From positions 3,474-67,473 of the forward strand of contig CAZCEC010000023.1 in the NCBI GenBank assembly GCA_964497615.1: a DNA stretch of 64,000 nucleotides, given 5' to 3'. The position numbers and the translations under genes were made by a program. The notes beneath the pieces are model-generated. The model did not search any database and was not told the DNA's origin. It saw nothing but the letters and a program-made list of their open reading frames with translations. This stretch comes from an uncultured Anaerolineales bacterium. Its GTDB lineage: Bacteria > Chloroflexota > Anaerolineae > Anaerolineales > UBA6663. Shown here in pieces: positions 47,659 through 57,419 of this stretch; within the stretch, counting starts at the first letter, position 1, and each line of letters begins with the position of its first letter.

Positions 47659-48219
47659 ATGCTAATCGTCATAGATAACTACGACTCATTCACCTACAAC
47701 CTGGTGCAGTACCTGGGCGAACTCGGGGCCGCGCCGCAGGTGTATCGGAACGACGCGCTGACCCTGGGGCAGTTGGAGGCGCTGGGGCCGACGCGGCTCG
47801 TGATCTCACCAGGGCCGGGCGACCCAGCCGACGGCGGCATCTCCAACGACGCCATCCTGGCGCTGAGCGGCCGCATTCCCATCCTGGGCGTATGCCTGGG
47901 GCACCAGTGCCTGGGCGCCGCGTTTGGCGGGGCCGTGCGGCGCGCGCCGCGGCTGATGCACGGCAAAACCAGCCGCATCCACCACCACGGCACGGACCTG
48001 TTCGCCAACGTGCCCTCGCCCTTCGAGGCCACGCGCTATCACAGCCTGATCGTGGAGGAGCCGGTGCCCAGCGCCCTGGAGGTGACGGCCTTCACCAGCG
48101 AGGGCGAGATCATGGGGCTGAAGCACCGTGAGCACAAAACCTTTGGGGTGCAGTTCCACCCCGAGTCGATCCTGACGCAGCATGGCAAGCTGATCTTGCA
48201 GAACTTCTTGGAAATGTGA
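47659..48219 (+). CDS. trpG: anthranilate synthase component II (glutamine amidotransferase, TrpG/PabA type)
   Basis: 186 aa. It has the GVCLGHQ catalytic Cys and the His/Glu pair near the C-terminus. Confidence 0.9.
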   Translation: MLIVIDNYDSFTYNLVQYLGELGAAPQVYRNDALTLGQLEALGPTRLVISPGPGDPADGGISNDAILALSGRIPILGVCLGHQCLGAAFGGAVRRAPRLMHGKTSRIHHHGTDLFANVPSPFEATRYHSLIVEEPVPSALEVTAFTSEGEIMGLKHREHKTFGVQFHPESILTQHGKLILQNFLEM

Positions 48220-48226
48220 GGCCGAC

Positions 48227-49261
48227 ATGTTGAAACCATACATTGCCAAGGCGCTGGGGCGCGCGGACCTGACCGCCGACGAAGCCGAGGCGGCCATGAA
48301 CATCATCATGACCGGGCAGGCCACGCAGGCGCAGATCGGCGCTTACCTGGTGGCACTGCGCATGAAGGGCGAGACGGTGGACGAGATCACCGGGTCGGCG
48401 CGGGCCATGCGGGCCAACGCCGTGCGCGTGAGCGTGGCGCCGGGCGGCGCGGTGTACGACACCGCCGGCACCGGCGGCGACGGCGCGCACACCTTCAACA
48501 TCTCCACCGCGGCAGCCTTTGTGGTGGCCGGCACAGGGCGGCGGGTGGCCAAGCACGGCAACCGCGCGGCTTCGTCGGCCTGCGGCAGTGCGGATGTGCT
48601 GGCGGCGCTGGGGCTGAACCTGGACCTGACGCCCGAGCAGGTGGGCCAGGCCGTGGACGAGGTGGGCATTGGCTTCATGTTCGCGCCCAAGTTTCACCCC
48701 GCCATGCGCCACGCCATCGGGCCGCGCAAGGAGATCGGCCAGCGCACGATCTTCAACCTGCTGGGGCCGCTGACGAACCCAGCCGGCGCGGACGTGCAGG
48801 TGATCGGCGTGTATGACCCGGCGCTGACGGAGCCGCTGGCCTACGTGCTGGCGGGGCTGGGCTCACGGGCAGCGTTTGTGATCCACGGTCACGGCGGCAC
48901 GGATGAGCTGAACCCGTGCGGGGTGAACCGGGTGAGCCACTTGAAGGACGGCGCGGTGCGGTCTTTCGACCTGGACCCCGAGGGGCTGGGCTTTGAGCGG
49001 GCGCAGGTGAGTGACTTGAAGGGCGGCGGCCCGGACGACAACGCAGCGCTAATGCGCGAGGTGTTGGGCGGCAGGGTGAACGGGGCCATGCGCAACGCCG
49101 TGGTGCTGAACGCGGCGGCGGCCATCGCAGCCGAGAGCGGCGATTTGGGCGCAGCCGTGGCAGAGGCCGGAGAGGCCTTGGCAAGCGGGGCGGCGCTGGG
49201 CAAGCTGGAGGCCCTCCTGGCGTATAGCGCGCGGGTTAGCCCACCACCGCCTGTGGAGTGA
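48227..49261 (+). CDS. trpD: anthranilate phosphoribosyltransferase
   Basis: 344 aa. It contains DTAGTGGDG and NLLGPLTNPA. Confidence 0.95.
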   Translation: MLKPYIAKALGRADLTADEAEAAMNIIMTGQATQAQIGAYLVALRMKGETVDEITGSARAMRANAVRVSVAPGGAVYDTAGTGGDGAHTFNISTAAAFVVAGTGRRVAKHGNRAASSACGSADVLAALGLNLDLTPEQVGQAVDEVGIGFMFAPKFHPAMRHAIGPRKEIGQRTIFNLLGPLTNPAGADVQVIGVYDPALTEPLAYVLAGLGSRAAFVIHGHGGTDELNPCGVNRVSHLKDGAVRSFDLDPEGLGFERAQVSDLKGGGPDDNAALMREVLGGRVNGAMRNAVVLNAAAAIAAESGDLGAAVAEAGEALASGAALGKLEALLAYSARVSPPPPVE

Positions 49262-49467
49262 GGCGCCACAAGGAAAAGCCATCGCCAACAGTCCCCGCAC
49301 GGGGCCCTACCTGGGAAACGAGCGCGGTGCCGGCTGTGACTTACGCCCTCGTAGCGCGGGTGGTTCATCTCCCGCGACGGCGGCCGCATTTGCCGCCGAA
49401 CTCGTCTGGGCCTGGCTGGCGTAAGTCATCTGGGAATTCGCTCATATGGAACGGACAAGGTAAACGG

Positions 49468-50286
49468 ATGTTGGACCGGATTCTGGCGCACAAGCGGGAG
49501 GAAGTAGCGGGGCTGGACGAGGCCGCGTTGAGGCGGGCGGCGGAAGCTTCGGCGCGGCCCCGAGATTTCCTGGCCCCGGATGGCACGGCCTGGCCACGGC
49601 TGATCGCGGAGGTAAAGCGGGCATCGCCCTCGCGGGGGGTGTTGGCGCCGAACATGGACGAGGTGGAGATCGCGCGGGTGTACGCGGCCAATGGCGCGGC
49701 GGCCATCTCGGTGCTCACGGATGAGAAGTTCTTCCTGGGCAAGCTGGAGACCCTGCACGCCATCCGCGCCGCGGGGATCGCCCTGCCGCTGCTGCGCAAG
49801 GACTTCATCCTGACGCGGGCGCAGGTGTACGAGACGCGCGCGGCGGGGGCCGATGCGATGCTGCTGATCGCGGCTGCCCTGCCGGACGATGGCGAACTGG
49901 CCGGCCTGCACGCGCTGGCGCTGGGGCTGGGGCTGACGCCGCTGGTGGAAGTGCACACGCAGGCGGAGGTGGAACGGGTGCTCCGGCTGCCGGGCCTGCG
50001 GCTGGTGGGGATCAACAACCGCGACCTGGGCACGTTCACTGTGACCCTGGAGACGACGGAGCGGCTGCGGCCATTGATCCCGCCCGGCGTGGCAGTGGTG
50101 GCGGAGAGCGGCATCTTCACCCGTTCGGACGTGGCGCGGCTGAAGGCGGCGGGGGTGCAGGCGGTGCTGGTGGGCGAGGCGCTAGTCACAGCCGTTGACG
50201 TGGACGGAAAGGTGCGTGAGTTGGCGGGGAGCGACGACAACCCGATTGGCAATGTCATTCCGAACCGCGCGGGGTTGGCGCGGTGA
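49468..50286 (+). CDS. trpC: indole-3-glycerol phosphate synthase
   Basis: The start is at the internal ATG. The 5' 70 codons of the ORF-track ORF lack homology. The sequence is EVKRASPSRGVL...ISVLTDEKFF...INNRDL. The last roughly 17 aa (DDNPIGNVIPNRAGLAR) are encoded by the REP-like repeat (see finding). Confidence 0.9.
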   Translation: MLDRILAHKREEVAGLDEAALRRAAEASARPRDFLAPDGTAWPRLIAEVKRASPSRGVLAPNMDEVEIARVYAANGAAAISVLTDEKFFLGKLETLHAIRAAGIALPLLRKDFILTRAQVYETRAAGADAMLLIAAALPDDGELAGLHALALGLGLTPLVEVHTQAEVERVLRLPGLRLVGINNRDLGTFTVTLETTERLRPLIPPGVAVVAESGIFTRSDVARLKAAGVQAVLVGEALVTAVDVDGKVRELAGSDDNPIGNVIPNRAGLAR

Positions 50287-50390
50287 GGAATCTCCAGGCT
50301 CGGGTTGGACGCGGAGCAACGACAACCCCGTTGGCAATGTCATTCCGAACCGCGCGGGGTTGGCGCGGTGAGGAATCTTCAGGCTCGGGA
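50234..50390 (+). repeat. tandem duplication (period about 85 bp, 2 copies) of a segment containing the REP/MITE-like hairpin element. Copies c1 and c2 are at 50251-50292 and 50336-50379
   Basis: The sequence gacaaccc(g/c)(a/g)ttggcaATGTCATTCCGAaccgcgcggggttggcgcggtGAGGAATCT(c/t)caggctcggg occurs twice. The first copy spans the trpC stop. Confidence 0.8.
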
Positions 50391-50444
50391 TGAGCGCCGG
50401 GCGACGGGTCAGGAGATTTCTCCGGGCAATTACGGCCCGTCGAA

Positions 50445-51095
50445 GTGACATTGACCAAGGCATGTGAGTGCCGGATGCACGTCAAGATCTGCGGGCTGAC
50501 GAACGAGGCCGATACGTTGGCGGCGGTGCAGGCCGGCGCGGACTATTTGGGCTTCAACTTCTACGCGCGCAGCCCGCGGGTGGTCACGGCGGAGCAGTGC
50601 GCGCGGCTGGTGCGGGCGGTGCAGGGCAGCGGCGCCAAGACGGTGGGCATCTTCGTGGATCACCCGCCGGATGAGGTAGCACGGCTGATGGCGGTCTGCG
50701 GGCTGGACCTGGCGCAACTGCACGGGGCCGAGCGGTTGGCGCAGTTTGCGGCGTTGCGGGGGCGGGCGTTCGCCGCCGTGCGCGAGAAGGCGGGGGAGGC
50801 CGCGGACTATCCGGCGCTGGCGGCGTTTGGGCCAGGGGCGCCAGCGTTTTTGATGGATGCCTATGTGCCGGGGGAGTTCGGCGGCACCGGCGTGACGGGC
50901 GATTGGGAGCGCGCGGCGGACGTGGCGCGGCAGTATCCCATCTTCCTGGCGGGCGGGCTAACGCCGGACAACGTGGGCGCGGCGGTTGCGGCGGTGCAGC
51001 CCTGGGGCGTGGATGTGGCCAGCGGCGTGGAGCGCGCGCCAGGCGTGAAGGACCACGAGCGCGTGAGAGAGTTTGTCGAACGGGCAAAGGGGTAG
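50445..51095 (+). CDS. trpF: phosphoribosylanthranilate isomerase
   Basis: The sequence is [32 protein letters not shown]. The start may be the second ATG at 50475 (MHVKICGL). Confidence 0.85.
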   Translation: MTLTKACECRMHVKICGLTNEADTLAAVQAGADYLGFNFYARSPRVVTAEQCARLVRAVQGSGAKTVGIFVDHPPDEVARLMAVCGLDLAQLHGAERLAQFAALRGRAFAAVREKAGEAADYPALAAFGPGAPAFLMDAYVPGEFGGTGVTGDWERAADVARQYPIFLAGGLTPDNVGAAVAAVQPWGVDVASGVERAPGVKDHERVREFVERAKG

Positions 51096-51108
51096 AGGAA
51101 CAACCACC

Positions 51109-52299
51109 ATGTCACGTCTACCGCAGAAGTTTGGCCCGTATGGGGGGCAATTTGTGCCCGAGACCCTGATGCCGGCGCTGGACGAGTTGGAGCGCGTCTA
51201 TTGCGCCGCGCGCGAGGACCCGGCCTTCGCGGCGGAGTTCGAGGGCCTGCTGGCAACCTACGTCGGCCGGCCCACGCCGGTGAGCTACGCGGCGCGGCTG
51301 ACCGAGCGGCTGGGCGGGGCGCGCATCTACCTTAAGCGCGAGGACCTGGCGCACACCGGCGCGCACAAGATCAACAATGCGCTGGGGCAAGGCCTGCTGG
51401 TCAAGCGCATGGGCAAGCGCCGCATCGTGGCCGAGACAGGCGCGGGCCAGCACGGCGTGGCCTCCGCCACGGTGGCGGCGCTGCTGGGGCTGGAGTGCGT
51501 GGTGTACATGGGCACGGTGGACATCGCGCGCCAGCAGCCCAACGTCTTCCGTATGAAACTGCTGGGCGCGGAGGTGCGGCCGGTGAGCAGCGGCTCGCAG
51601 ACCCTGAAGGATGCCATCAACGAGGCCATCCGCGACTGGGTGACGAACGTGCGCGACACGCACTATCTGCTGGGCAGCGCCCTGGGGCCGCACCCCTACC
51701 CCACGATGGTCCGCGACTTCCAGAGCGTCATCGGCCGCGAGGCACGGGCGCAGATCCTGGCTGCGGCGGGGAAATTGCCGGAGGCGTGCGTGGCCTGCGT
51801 CGGCGGCGGGTCCAACTCGATTGGGCTGTTCCACGCGTTCCGGGATGACGAGGCGGTGGAACTGATCGGTGTGGAGGCCGGGGGGAACGGGCTGGCGACC
51901 GGCAAGCACGCCGCCCGCTTTGGCGACCCGGAGCGCGGGCGGCTGGGCGTGATCCACGGCACGCGGACCTTCGTGCTGCAAGACGCCGACGGGCAGATCG
52001 CCGAGACGCACTCGGTGTCGGCCGGGCTGGACTACGCGGCGGTGGGGCCGGAGCACGCCTACCTGCGCGACCAGGAGCGCGCCTACTACACCTCGGCCAC
52101 TGACGAGGAGGCCCTGAACGCCTTTCAGATGCTGTGCGAGACGGAGGGCATCATCCCCGCGCTCGAGTCGGCGCACGCGGTAGCCGAGGCCATCCGCCGC
52201 GCGCCAACGATGCGGCCCGATGCAGTGCTGCTGGTGAATTTGTCGGGAAGAGGGGATAAGGACCTGGATACAGTCAACCGAGAATTGGGAAGGGCATAA
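51109..52299 (+). CDS. trpB: tryptophan synthase beta chain
   Basis: The start is at the ATG with a GAGGAA RBS. The sequence is [17 protein letters not shown]...[20 protein letters not shown] (PLP lysine). Confidence 0.95.
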   Translation: MSRLPQKFGPYGGQFVPETLMPALDELERVYCAAREDPAFAAEFEGLLATYVGRPTPVSYAARLTERLGGARIYLKREDLAHTGAHKINNALGQGLLVKRMGKRRIVAETGAGQHGVASATVAALLGLECVVYMGTVDIARQQPNVFRMKLLGAEVRPVSSGSQTLKDAINEAIRDWVTNVRDTHYLLGSALGPHPYPTMVRDFQSVIGREARAQILAAAGKLPEACVACVGGGSNSIGLFHAFRDDEAVELIGVEAGGNGLATGKHAARFGDPERGRLGVIHGTRTFVLQDADGQIAETHSVSAGLDYAAVGPEHAYLRDQERAYYTSATDEEALNAFQMLCETEGIIPALESAHAVAEAIRRAPTMRPDAVLLVNLSGRGDKDLDTVNRELGRA

Positions 52300-52371
52300 A
52301 GGGCATAAGGGGTATTAAGGGCGAGGCGTGCCCTTCATACCCCCTATTACCCTTTGGACCCTTGACAAGCC

Positions 52372-53160
52372 ATGGGTCGAATTGAGGAAGCATTCAGGAG
52401 CCGGCCGGCGTTCATGCCATACTTCCCCCTTGGATTCCCCACGCCGGAGGTGTCAGTGGATGTGATCGAGGGGCTGGCGCGCGGCGGCGCGGACTTGATT
52501 GAAGTGGGGCTGCCATTCTCAGACCCGCTGGCGGACGGCCCGGTGATCCAGCGCGCGACGCAGGTGGCGCTGCAGAATGGGATGACGCTGGCGAAGGGGC
52601 TGAGGGCAGTGGCCGAACTGCGCCAGCGGGGCGTCACGATTCCGCTGGTGCTGATGGGTTACTACAACCCCATGCTGGCCTATGGGCTGAGGCGGCTGGC
52701 GGCGGAGGCGGCGCAGGCCGGCGCGGATGGCTTCATCGTGCCGGACCTGCCGCCCGAGGAGGCCAGTGAGATGGAAGCGGCGCTGGGGGAGCACGGCCTG
52801 CCCCTGGTGCGGATGCTGGCGCCCACCACCCCGCCGGAGCGCGCGGCGCGGGTGCTGGCGGGGGCCACGGGCTTCGTCTATCTGGTCTCGCTGACCGGCG
52901 TGACCGGGGCGCGCAGTGAGGTGGCGGCGGGGCTGGAGGCGTTTGTGGCGCGGACGCGGGCGATCGCGGCGGGCGTGCCCCTGTGCGTGGGGTTTGGCAT
53001 CTCAACGCCGGAGCAGGCCGGGGCGGTGGGGCGGGTAGCGGACGGGATTATCGTGGGGTCGGCGTGTGTGAAGGCGCTGGAGAACGCGGCAGACCCGCGG
53101 CAGGAGGCGGAGGCGTTTGCGCGGCGGTTCCGGCAGGGGTTGGGACGTCCGGTGGAGTAA
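52372..53160 (+). CDS. trpA: tryptophan synthase alpha chain
   Basis: 262 aa. It has FMPYFPLGFP, GADLIEVGLPFSDPLADGPVIQ and GFGIS. Confidence 0.95.
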   Translation: MGRIEEAFRSRPAFMPYFPLGFPTPEVSVDVIEGLARGGADLIEVGLPFSDPLADGPVIQRATQVALQNGMTLAKGLRAVAELRQRGVTIPLVLMGYYNPMLAYGLRRLAAEAAQAGADGFIVPDLPPEEASEMEAALGEHGLPLVRMLAPTTPPERAARVLAGATGFVYLVSLTGVTGARSEVAAGLEAFVARTRAIAAGVPLCVGFGISTPEQAGAVGRVADGIIVGSACVKALENAADPRQEAEAFARRFRQGLGRPVE

Positions 53161-53321
53161 TGCTTTTACTGCAAAGGACGCAATGAGCGCAAAGAAAGAG
53201 CGTGCGTGCGGGGGGTATCAAGGTATGGATACCGCTTGCGAATTAGCGAAGCGTCCTGCGTCCCTGTAGACCATGGCGGCCCAACGGGCTGGGGACGCGG
53301 TGGCCGAAAGCGCAGGTTCAT

Positions 53322-53346
53322 CGCGCCGCCTTCAGGCGCGGATTTT
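53322..53346 (+). terminator. candidate intrinsic terminator of the trp operon
   Basis: It has the stem CGCGCC/GGCGCG with the loop GCCTTCA, followed by GATTTTG. It lies about 160 nt downstream of trpA and before the convergent hemolysin-family gene. Confidence 0.45.
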
Positions 53347-53362
53347 GCGAAGCACCCCGGAA

Positions 53363-54715
53363 CTAAGTGTAGGGGCCATTCGCTGGCCCTGACGGGTTGA
53401 ATTCGCCAGCAGTAGGTGGCGGAGAGAGGGGCGTAACCAGGATGCGGTCCACGCGGCGGGCGTCCATGTCCATCACCTCAAAGCGCCAGTCTTCATAGTC
53501 GAAGGTCTGCCCGGCGGCCGGCACGCGCCCCAGAACAGTCATCACGAAACCGCCCAGTGTTTCAAAGTCGCCGTGCGCTTCAGCGGACAGGCTGCGCAGG
53601 CCGAGCAGGTTCGTGAACTCGGCCACCGACAGCCGGCCATCCAGCAGCCACGAGCCATCGGGGCGGTGCACGGTCTCTTCGGCTGGCTGGTGGTAGGAGG
53701 GCATGTCGCCCACCAGGGCCTCCAGGATATCGGCGCGGGTGACCATGCCGTGCAGCCCGCCGAACTCGTCGATCACCAGCGCGGCATGCTCGCGGGTCCG
53801 CTTGAGCAGTTCCAGCACATCGAGAATGGACTGCGACTCGGGCACGACGAGCGGCGGGCTCATCAGCGCCTCCAGCGCGGCGGGCTGCCCCGTCGCGAGT
53901 TGGCCCAGATAGTCGCGCCCGCGCAGCATCCCCACGACATTGTCCAGGCTGCCCTGCGCCACGGGGAACATGACGTGCGGATGGTTCAGCACCGTATAGC
54001 GAATGGTCTCCTCGGGCGCGTCCCGGTCAATCCAGATGAGCTGGGTCCGTGGGGTGAGGACGCTGCTAACGCGCCGGTCGCCCAGGGTGAGCGCACTCTC
54101 GACGATATTCTGCTCGCCGGGATCGAAGACGCCGACGCGGCGGCCCTGATCCACGAGGATGTTGATTTCTTCGGCGGAGACCGGGCTTTCCGCGACGGCG
54201 GACAGGCCGAGCAGCCGCTGCAAGACGTCGGTAGACAGGCTGAGAAAACGGACGACTGGCCCCGCCAGGCGCGAGAGGGCCAGCATGGGCCGCGCCATGC
54301 GGGCCGCCATGCCCTCCGGGTCGCGCAGGGCAATCTGCTTGGGCAGGAGCTCCCCCAGCACCAGTGAGAAGTACGTCACCGGCAGCACGACGGCGACCAG
54401 CGCGATGGCCTCGGCATACGGAGCCAAAGCTGGGGTCCGCGCCACCCGCTCGGCGATGGCCTCCGCCAGGGTGGCGCCGCTGAACGCGCCGGCCAGGATG
54501 CCCACCAGCGTTATGCCGATCTGCACCGTGGAGAGGAAGCGCGCCGGTTCGCGGGCCAGTTCGAGCGCCGTTTTCGCGCCCAGGTCGCCCTGTTCGGCGC
54601 GATGCTGGAGGCGGGCCCGGCGGGCAGAGACCACGGCGATCTCGGCCAGGGCAAAGACCCCATTGGCCAGAATGAGCGCCAGGATGAGGATGATCTCGAT
54701 GATGGGGCCGCCCAC
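53363..54715 (-). CDS. hemolysin-family protein (CNNM/CorC-type: DUF21 transmembrane domain, CBS pair and CorC_HlyC C-terminal domain)
   Basis: 450 aa. There is an N-terminal 4-TM DUF21 (EIAVVSARRARL). The central CBS pair and the C-terminal transporter-associated domain are present. Confidence 0.9.
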   Translation of the reverse strand: MGGPIIEIILILALILANGVFALAEIAVVSARRARLQHRAEQGDLGAKTALELAREPARFLSTVQIGITLVGILAGAFSGATLAEAIAERVARTPALAPYAEAIALVAVVLPVTYFSLVLGELLPKQIALRDPEGMAARMARPMLALSRLAGPVVRFLSLSTDVLQRLLGLSAVAESPVSAEEINILVDQGRRVGVFDPGEQNIVESALTLGDRRVSSVLTPRTQLIWIDRDAPEETIRYTVLNHPHVMFPVAQGSLDNVVGMLRGRDYLGQLATGQPAALEALMSPPLVVPESQSILDVLELLKRTREHAALVIDEFGGLHGMVTRADILEALVGDMPSYHQPAEETVHRPDGSWLLDGRLSVAEFTNLLGLRSLSAEAHGDFETLGGFVMTVLGRVPAAGQTFDYEDWRFEVMDMDARRVDRILVTPLSPPPTAGEFNPSGPANGPYT

Positions 54716-55575
54716 TTAGAACAGACTCCCTTGTGTCATGGCGGGCGGGTCGGCGGCGTCCCACTCGGGGAGCGGCGGCAGCCGGTGGAGGCGGGCCACG
54801 CGCGCGTGGAACTCGCGGGCCAGGGCGGGCGCGTAATAATCCTGCTTGTGGTGGCAGAAGAAGAAAACGTCGTCTCCGGCGGCCAGCCATTCCGCCACGT
54901 GGCCGGCCCATTCGTCGAACAGCGGTTCGTTGCTGGGCAGGTCGGGATGGGAAATGTAGCGGACGAAAGCGAAGGGGGCGGTGCGGTCGAAGCGGACGGG
55001 CACATCGGGCTTGCGGGCCTGAGCCACGCGGGTGCCCTCGTCCAGCGGGGCGGCGCTGCGCAGGCCGCGCTGGTCGTAAAGCACGCGGGCCGCGCCGCGC
55101 TCGCGCAGAAGGGCGTGCAGGTCGGCCTCGGCGGCTTCGTCAAAGAAGTCGCGGTGGCGGACCTCGACGGCCAGGCCGCCGGGCAGAGGCGGCAGCGCGG
55201 CGAGGTAGATGGCCAAGGCCGGCAACTGGCGCACGCCAAAGCTGGGCGGCAATTGGAGAAAGCTCGGGCCGCAGCGGTCGGCCAGGGCGGTGAGGCACTC
55301 CACAAAGGCGGCGGTCTCGGCTTCGGCGCCGCGCAGGCGCTTGTGGTGGCTGATGGCCTGCGGAAATTTCAGGCAGAACTTGAAACCGGGCGGCGTCTCG
55401 TTGTACCACCGGTCCACGACTTCGGGGGCCGGGGTGGCGTAGAAGGTAGTGTTGCCTCGACCGTGTTCAGGCGCCGGCTGTATAGGCTGAGGAAGTCTTT
55501 CTGGCGGGCCCCCGCCGGGAAGAACGTGCCCACCCAGGCCTTGTTGGCCCACATGGGGGCGCCTAGGTGGAGCAT
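54716..55575 (-). pseudogene. DUF72 (YecE-like) family gene disrupted by a -1 frameshift near 55452-55453. It may be a homopolymer sequencing error
   Basis: The N-terminal 40 aa (MLHLGAPMWANKAWVGTFFPAG...LNTVEA) are in one frame (ORF 55369..55626). The remainder (NTTFYATPAPEVVDRWYNETPPGFKFCLKFPQAISH...) is in the -1 frame (ORF 54716..55789). The pattern is collinear with E. coli YecE (FNCVEGNTTLYALPKPEVV...FRFCFKFP). Restoring one A in GCAAACACT rejoins the frames. Confidence 0.7.
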
Positions 55576-55578
55576 GGC

Positions 55579-55636
55579 GAGTAATAGAGAGAAAAAGAAA
55601 GAGAAATAGAAAGAGACAAAGATCAAGAAAGAGATC
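55579..55636 (+). repeat. 58-nt polypurine (AG-rich, about 75% A) tract, equivalent to a polypyrimidine CU tract on the transcribed minus strand immediately upstream of the DUF72 start
   Basis: The sequence is gtaatagagagaaaaagaaagagaaatagaaagagacaaagatcaagaaagagatcag. It is an extreme compositional outlier in a roughly 70% GC window. Confidence 0.8.
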
Positions 55637-55970
55637 AGCCGGCGATGAAGCCGTGACCGAGGAGCCAGCGTCGCAGGGCGACCATGTCTGGCTCGGTGAT
55701 GACGGGGCCGCGATCGATGCCGCGCGGCGAGCGGCCAGGCTCCAGCGGGCGGGGCTCGACGATCGGGGTGGCTTCGCCGGGGCGGGCAACCACCAGGGTT
55801 GGCACAGCCCGAAAGCCCGTCAACTCCTCCACGAGGGCGCGGGCGTCCGGGTCAAGGTCGATCATCACTTCTTGGAACGGAATCGCATGTTCCTCGAGCA
55901 ACTGCCGGGCGCGGAAGCAGTCCGGGCAGGGGATGGTGCGGGAATACATGATCAGGGTTTTGTCGGACAT
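55635..55970 (-). CDS. glutaredoxin-like thioredoxin-fold protein (CPDC active site)
   Basis: 111 aa. It has a glutaredoxin/NrdH-like N-terminus, YSRTIPCPDCFRARQLL. Confidence 0.7.
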   Translation of the reverse strand: MSDKTLIMYSRTIPCPDCFRARQLLEEHAIPFQEVMIDLDPDARALVEELTGFRAVPTLVVARPGEATPIVEPRPLEPGRSPRGIDRGPVITEPDMVALRRWLLGHGFIAG

Positions 55971-55988
55971 CGTAACCTCTGCCAGGGG

Positions 55989-56813
55989 CTAGGGCGCGGC
56001 CGGCGGGGTGGCAGTGGGGCCGACCGGCTCGTTCAGGGTATAGCACAGGATGCCTTCGATGACGCCTTGGGCCACGCGCTGCGGCTCTTCAGTGAGAAGC
56101 TTGTAGTCAAGATTTAGGAAGCCGGTCTCGATGATGGCGATAGGCGTGGTGGCATTGACCTCGTAGAAGGTGTGGTAGGAGGTCATGTCGGGCGTGATGG
56201 TATTGGCATGGAACGACAGGCCGGTGCGGGCGGCGTAGCGGTCGGTCAGGCAGGCGACGAGCCGCGTGGCCTCGTCGGGGGCGCCGGTGTCCAGTGCCCC
56301 GGCCACCTTGAACCCGGTCGCCAGCTCGTTGATGTACTCGCACGAGTCATTGTGGATGGACACGACCGCCAGGGCCTGGTAGCCTTCCAGCCGCGAGTCG
56401 AACTCGTCCAGCAAGTCAACGGCAAAGCCATTGGCCTCCAGCCCGGCCTGCACGCGAATAGCGATGTCGTGGTTAACCTGGGCCTCGGTCACGCCGCTCG
56501 GGCAGATGGCGCCGGGGTCGTTCTGCGGGCCGTTGTGGCCGGCGACGATGCCGATCTTGGGTTTGGGCGGCTCCAGGGTGGCGACGACGGGCAGCGCGGT
56601 GGGCGTAGACTCGGGGCCGGTGCTGGTGGCGATGACGGCCGCAATCTCCTCGGCGACGTTGCCGGGCAGTAAGGAGGACGGGGTCCAGGCGGTGAAGACC
56701 GTCGCCAGGGCGATGCCGACGGCCATGACGACGCCGATGTGGCGCAGGGCCTCGCCCAGGGCATTGAGCAGCGAGGCGGGGCGCGCGGCGGGCGGCGGGG
56801 AGGAGCGGGTCAT
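55989..56813 (-). CDS. N-acetylmuramoyl-L-alanine amidase (Amidase_3 / AmiC-like) with N-terminal membrane anchor
   Basis: 274 aa. It has IGIVAGHNGPQNDPGA and SIHNDS (zinc ligands of the Amidase_3 fold). Confidence 0.85.
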   Translation of the reverse strand: MTRSSPPPAARPASLLNALGEALRHIGVVMAVGIALATVFTAWTPSSLLPGNVAEEIAAVIATSTGPESTPTALPVVATLEPPKPKIGIVAGHNGPQNDPGAICPSGVTEAQVNHDIAIRVQAGLEANGFAVDLLDEFDSRLEGYQALAVVSIHNDSCEYINELATGFKVAGALDTGAPDEATRLVACLTDRYAARTGLSFHANTITPDMTSYHTFYEVNATTPIAIIETGFLNLDYKLLTEEPQRVAQGVIEGILCYTLNEPVGPTATPPAAP

Positions 56814-56845
56814 GGGGCCGAATCATACACCATTCCGTCTCGCCG

Positions 56846-56909
56846 CGTCATTCCGAGCCGGCCGCAGCCCGGATGGCCCGGCGCAGCCGGCGTGCAGGCG
56901 AGGAATCTT
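56846..56909 (+). repeat. REP/MITE-like dispersed hairpin repeat, copy d (longest internal hairpin)
   Basis: The sequence is gcGTCATTCCGAGccggccgcagcccggatggcccggcgcagccggcgtgcaggCGAGGAATCTT, with an extra upstream CATTCCG at 56831. It lies in the divergent amidase/dgkA intergenic region. Confidence 0.65.
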
Positions 56910-56986
56910 GGTGCGCCTGGCTCCGCCGTCTCCTAACACCACCGCACGGCGTTTGGGAGTGCACAGATTAGGGATAGAATGAAGGG

Positions 56987-57409
56987 ATGACGGAAACCCA
57001 CAAGGCGTGGAGAAAGCCCCCTGCCCCGCGCCGGGCGGCCTCGCGGCTGGCATCCTTCCGCTATGCGTTCGCCGGGTGGTGGTACATGCTGCGCACCCAG
57101 CGCAATGCCTGGATCCACGCCGTCATCTCGACGGCGGTGTTCGCGCTGGGCCTGTGGCTGGGGTTGGGGCGGCTGGAGTGGGCCATCCTCCTGCTGGTTG
57201 TGGCGCTGGTGTGGATGGCAGAGTTCGTCAACACCGCGCTGGAGGCGGTGGTGGACCTGGCCTCGCCGGACCTGCACCCGCTGGCCAAGGTGGGCAAGGA
57301 CGTGGCCGCGGCGGCCGTGCTGGTGGGCGCGGTGACGGCGGTGCTGGTGGGGCTGCTGGTGTTGGGGCCGCCGCTGTGGGAGCGGCTTTCCACACTTCTG
57401 GGTCTATAA
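56987..57409 (+). CDS. dgkA: diacylglycerol kinase (prokaryotic DgkA family)
   Basis: 140 aa with 3 TM helices. The sequence is RNAWIHAVISTAVF...MAEFVNTALEAVVDL. Confidence 0.85.
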   Translation: MTETHKAWRKPPAPRRAASRLASFRYAFAGWWYMLRTQRNAWIHAVISTAVFALGLWLGLGRLEWAILLLVVALVWMAEFVNTALEAVVDLASPDLHPLAKVGKDVAAAAVLVGAVTAVLVGLLVLGPPLWERLSTLLGL

Positions 57410-57419
57410 TCCGGCGCCC

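Noticed and set aside
51327-51659. Small ORFs inside trpB and trpD on the opposite strand, and other ORFs of 60-120 aa listed throughout
   Set aside because: They are fully embedded in strongly supported genes. Their lengths are consistent with chance in GC-rich sequence.
52300-52371. Imperfect palindrome AAGGGCATAAGGGGTATTAAGGGCGAGGCGTGCCCTTCATACCCCCTATTACCCTT between trpB and trpA as a possible attenuator
   Set aside because: It forms a plausible stem-loop but lacks a following U-tract. It is more likely an intercistronic stabilising hairpin. It is mentioned but not promoted to a feature.
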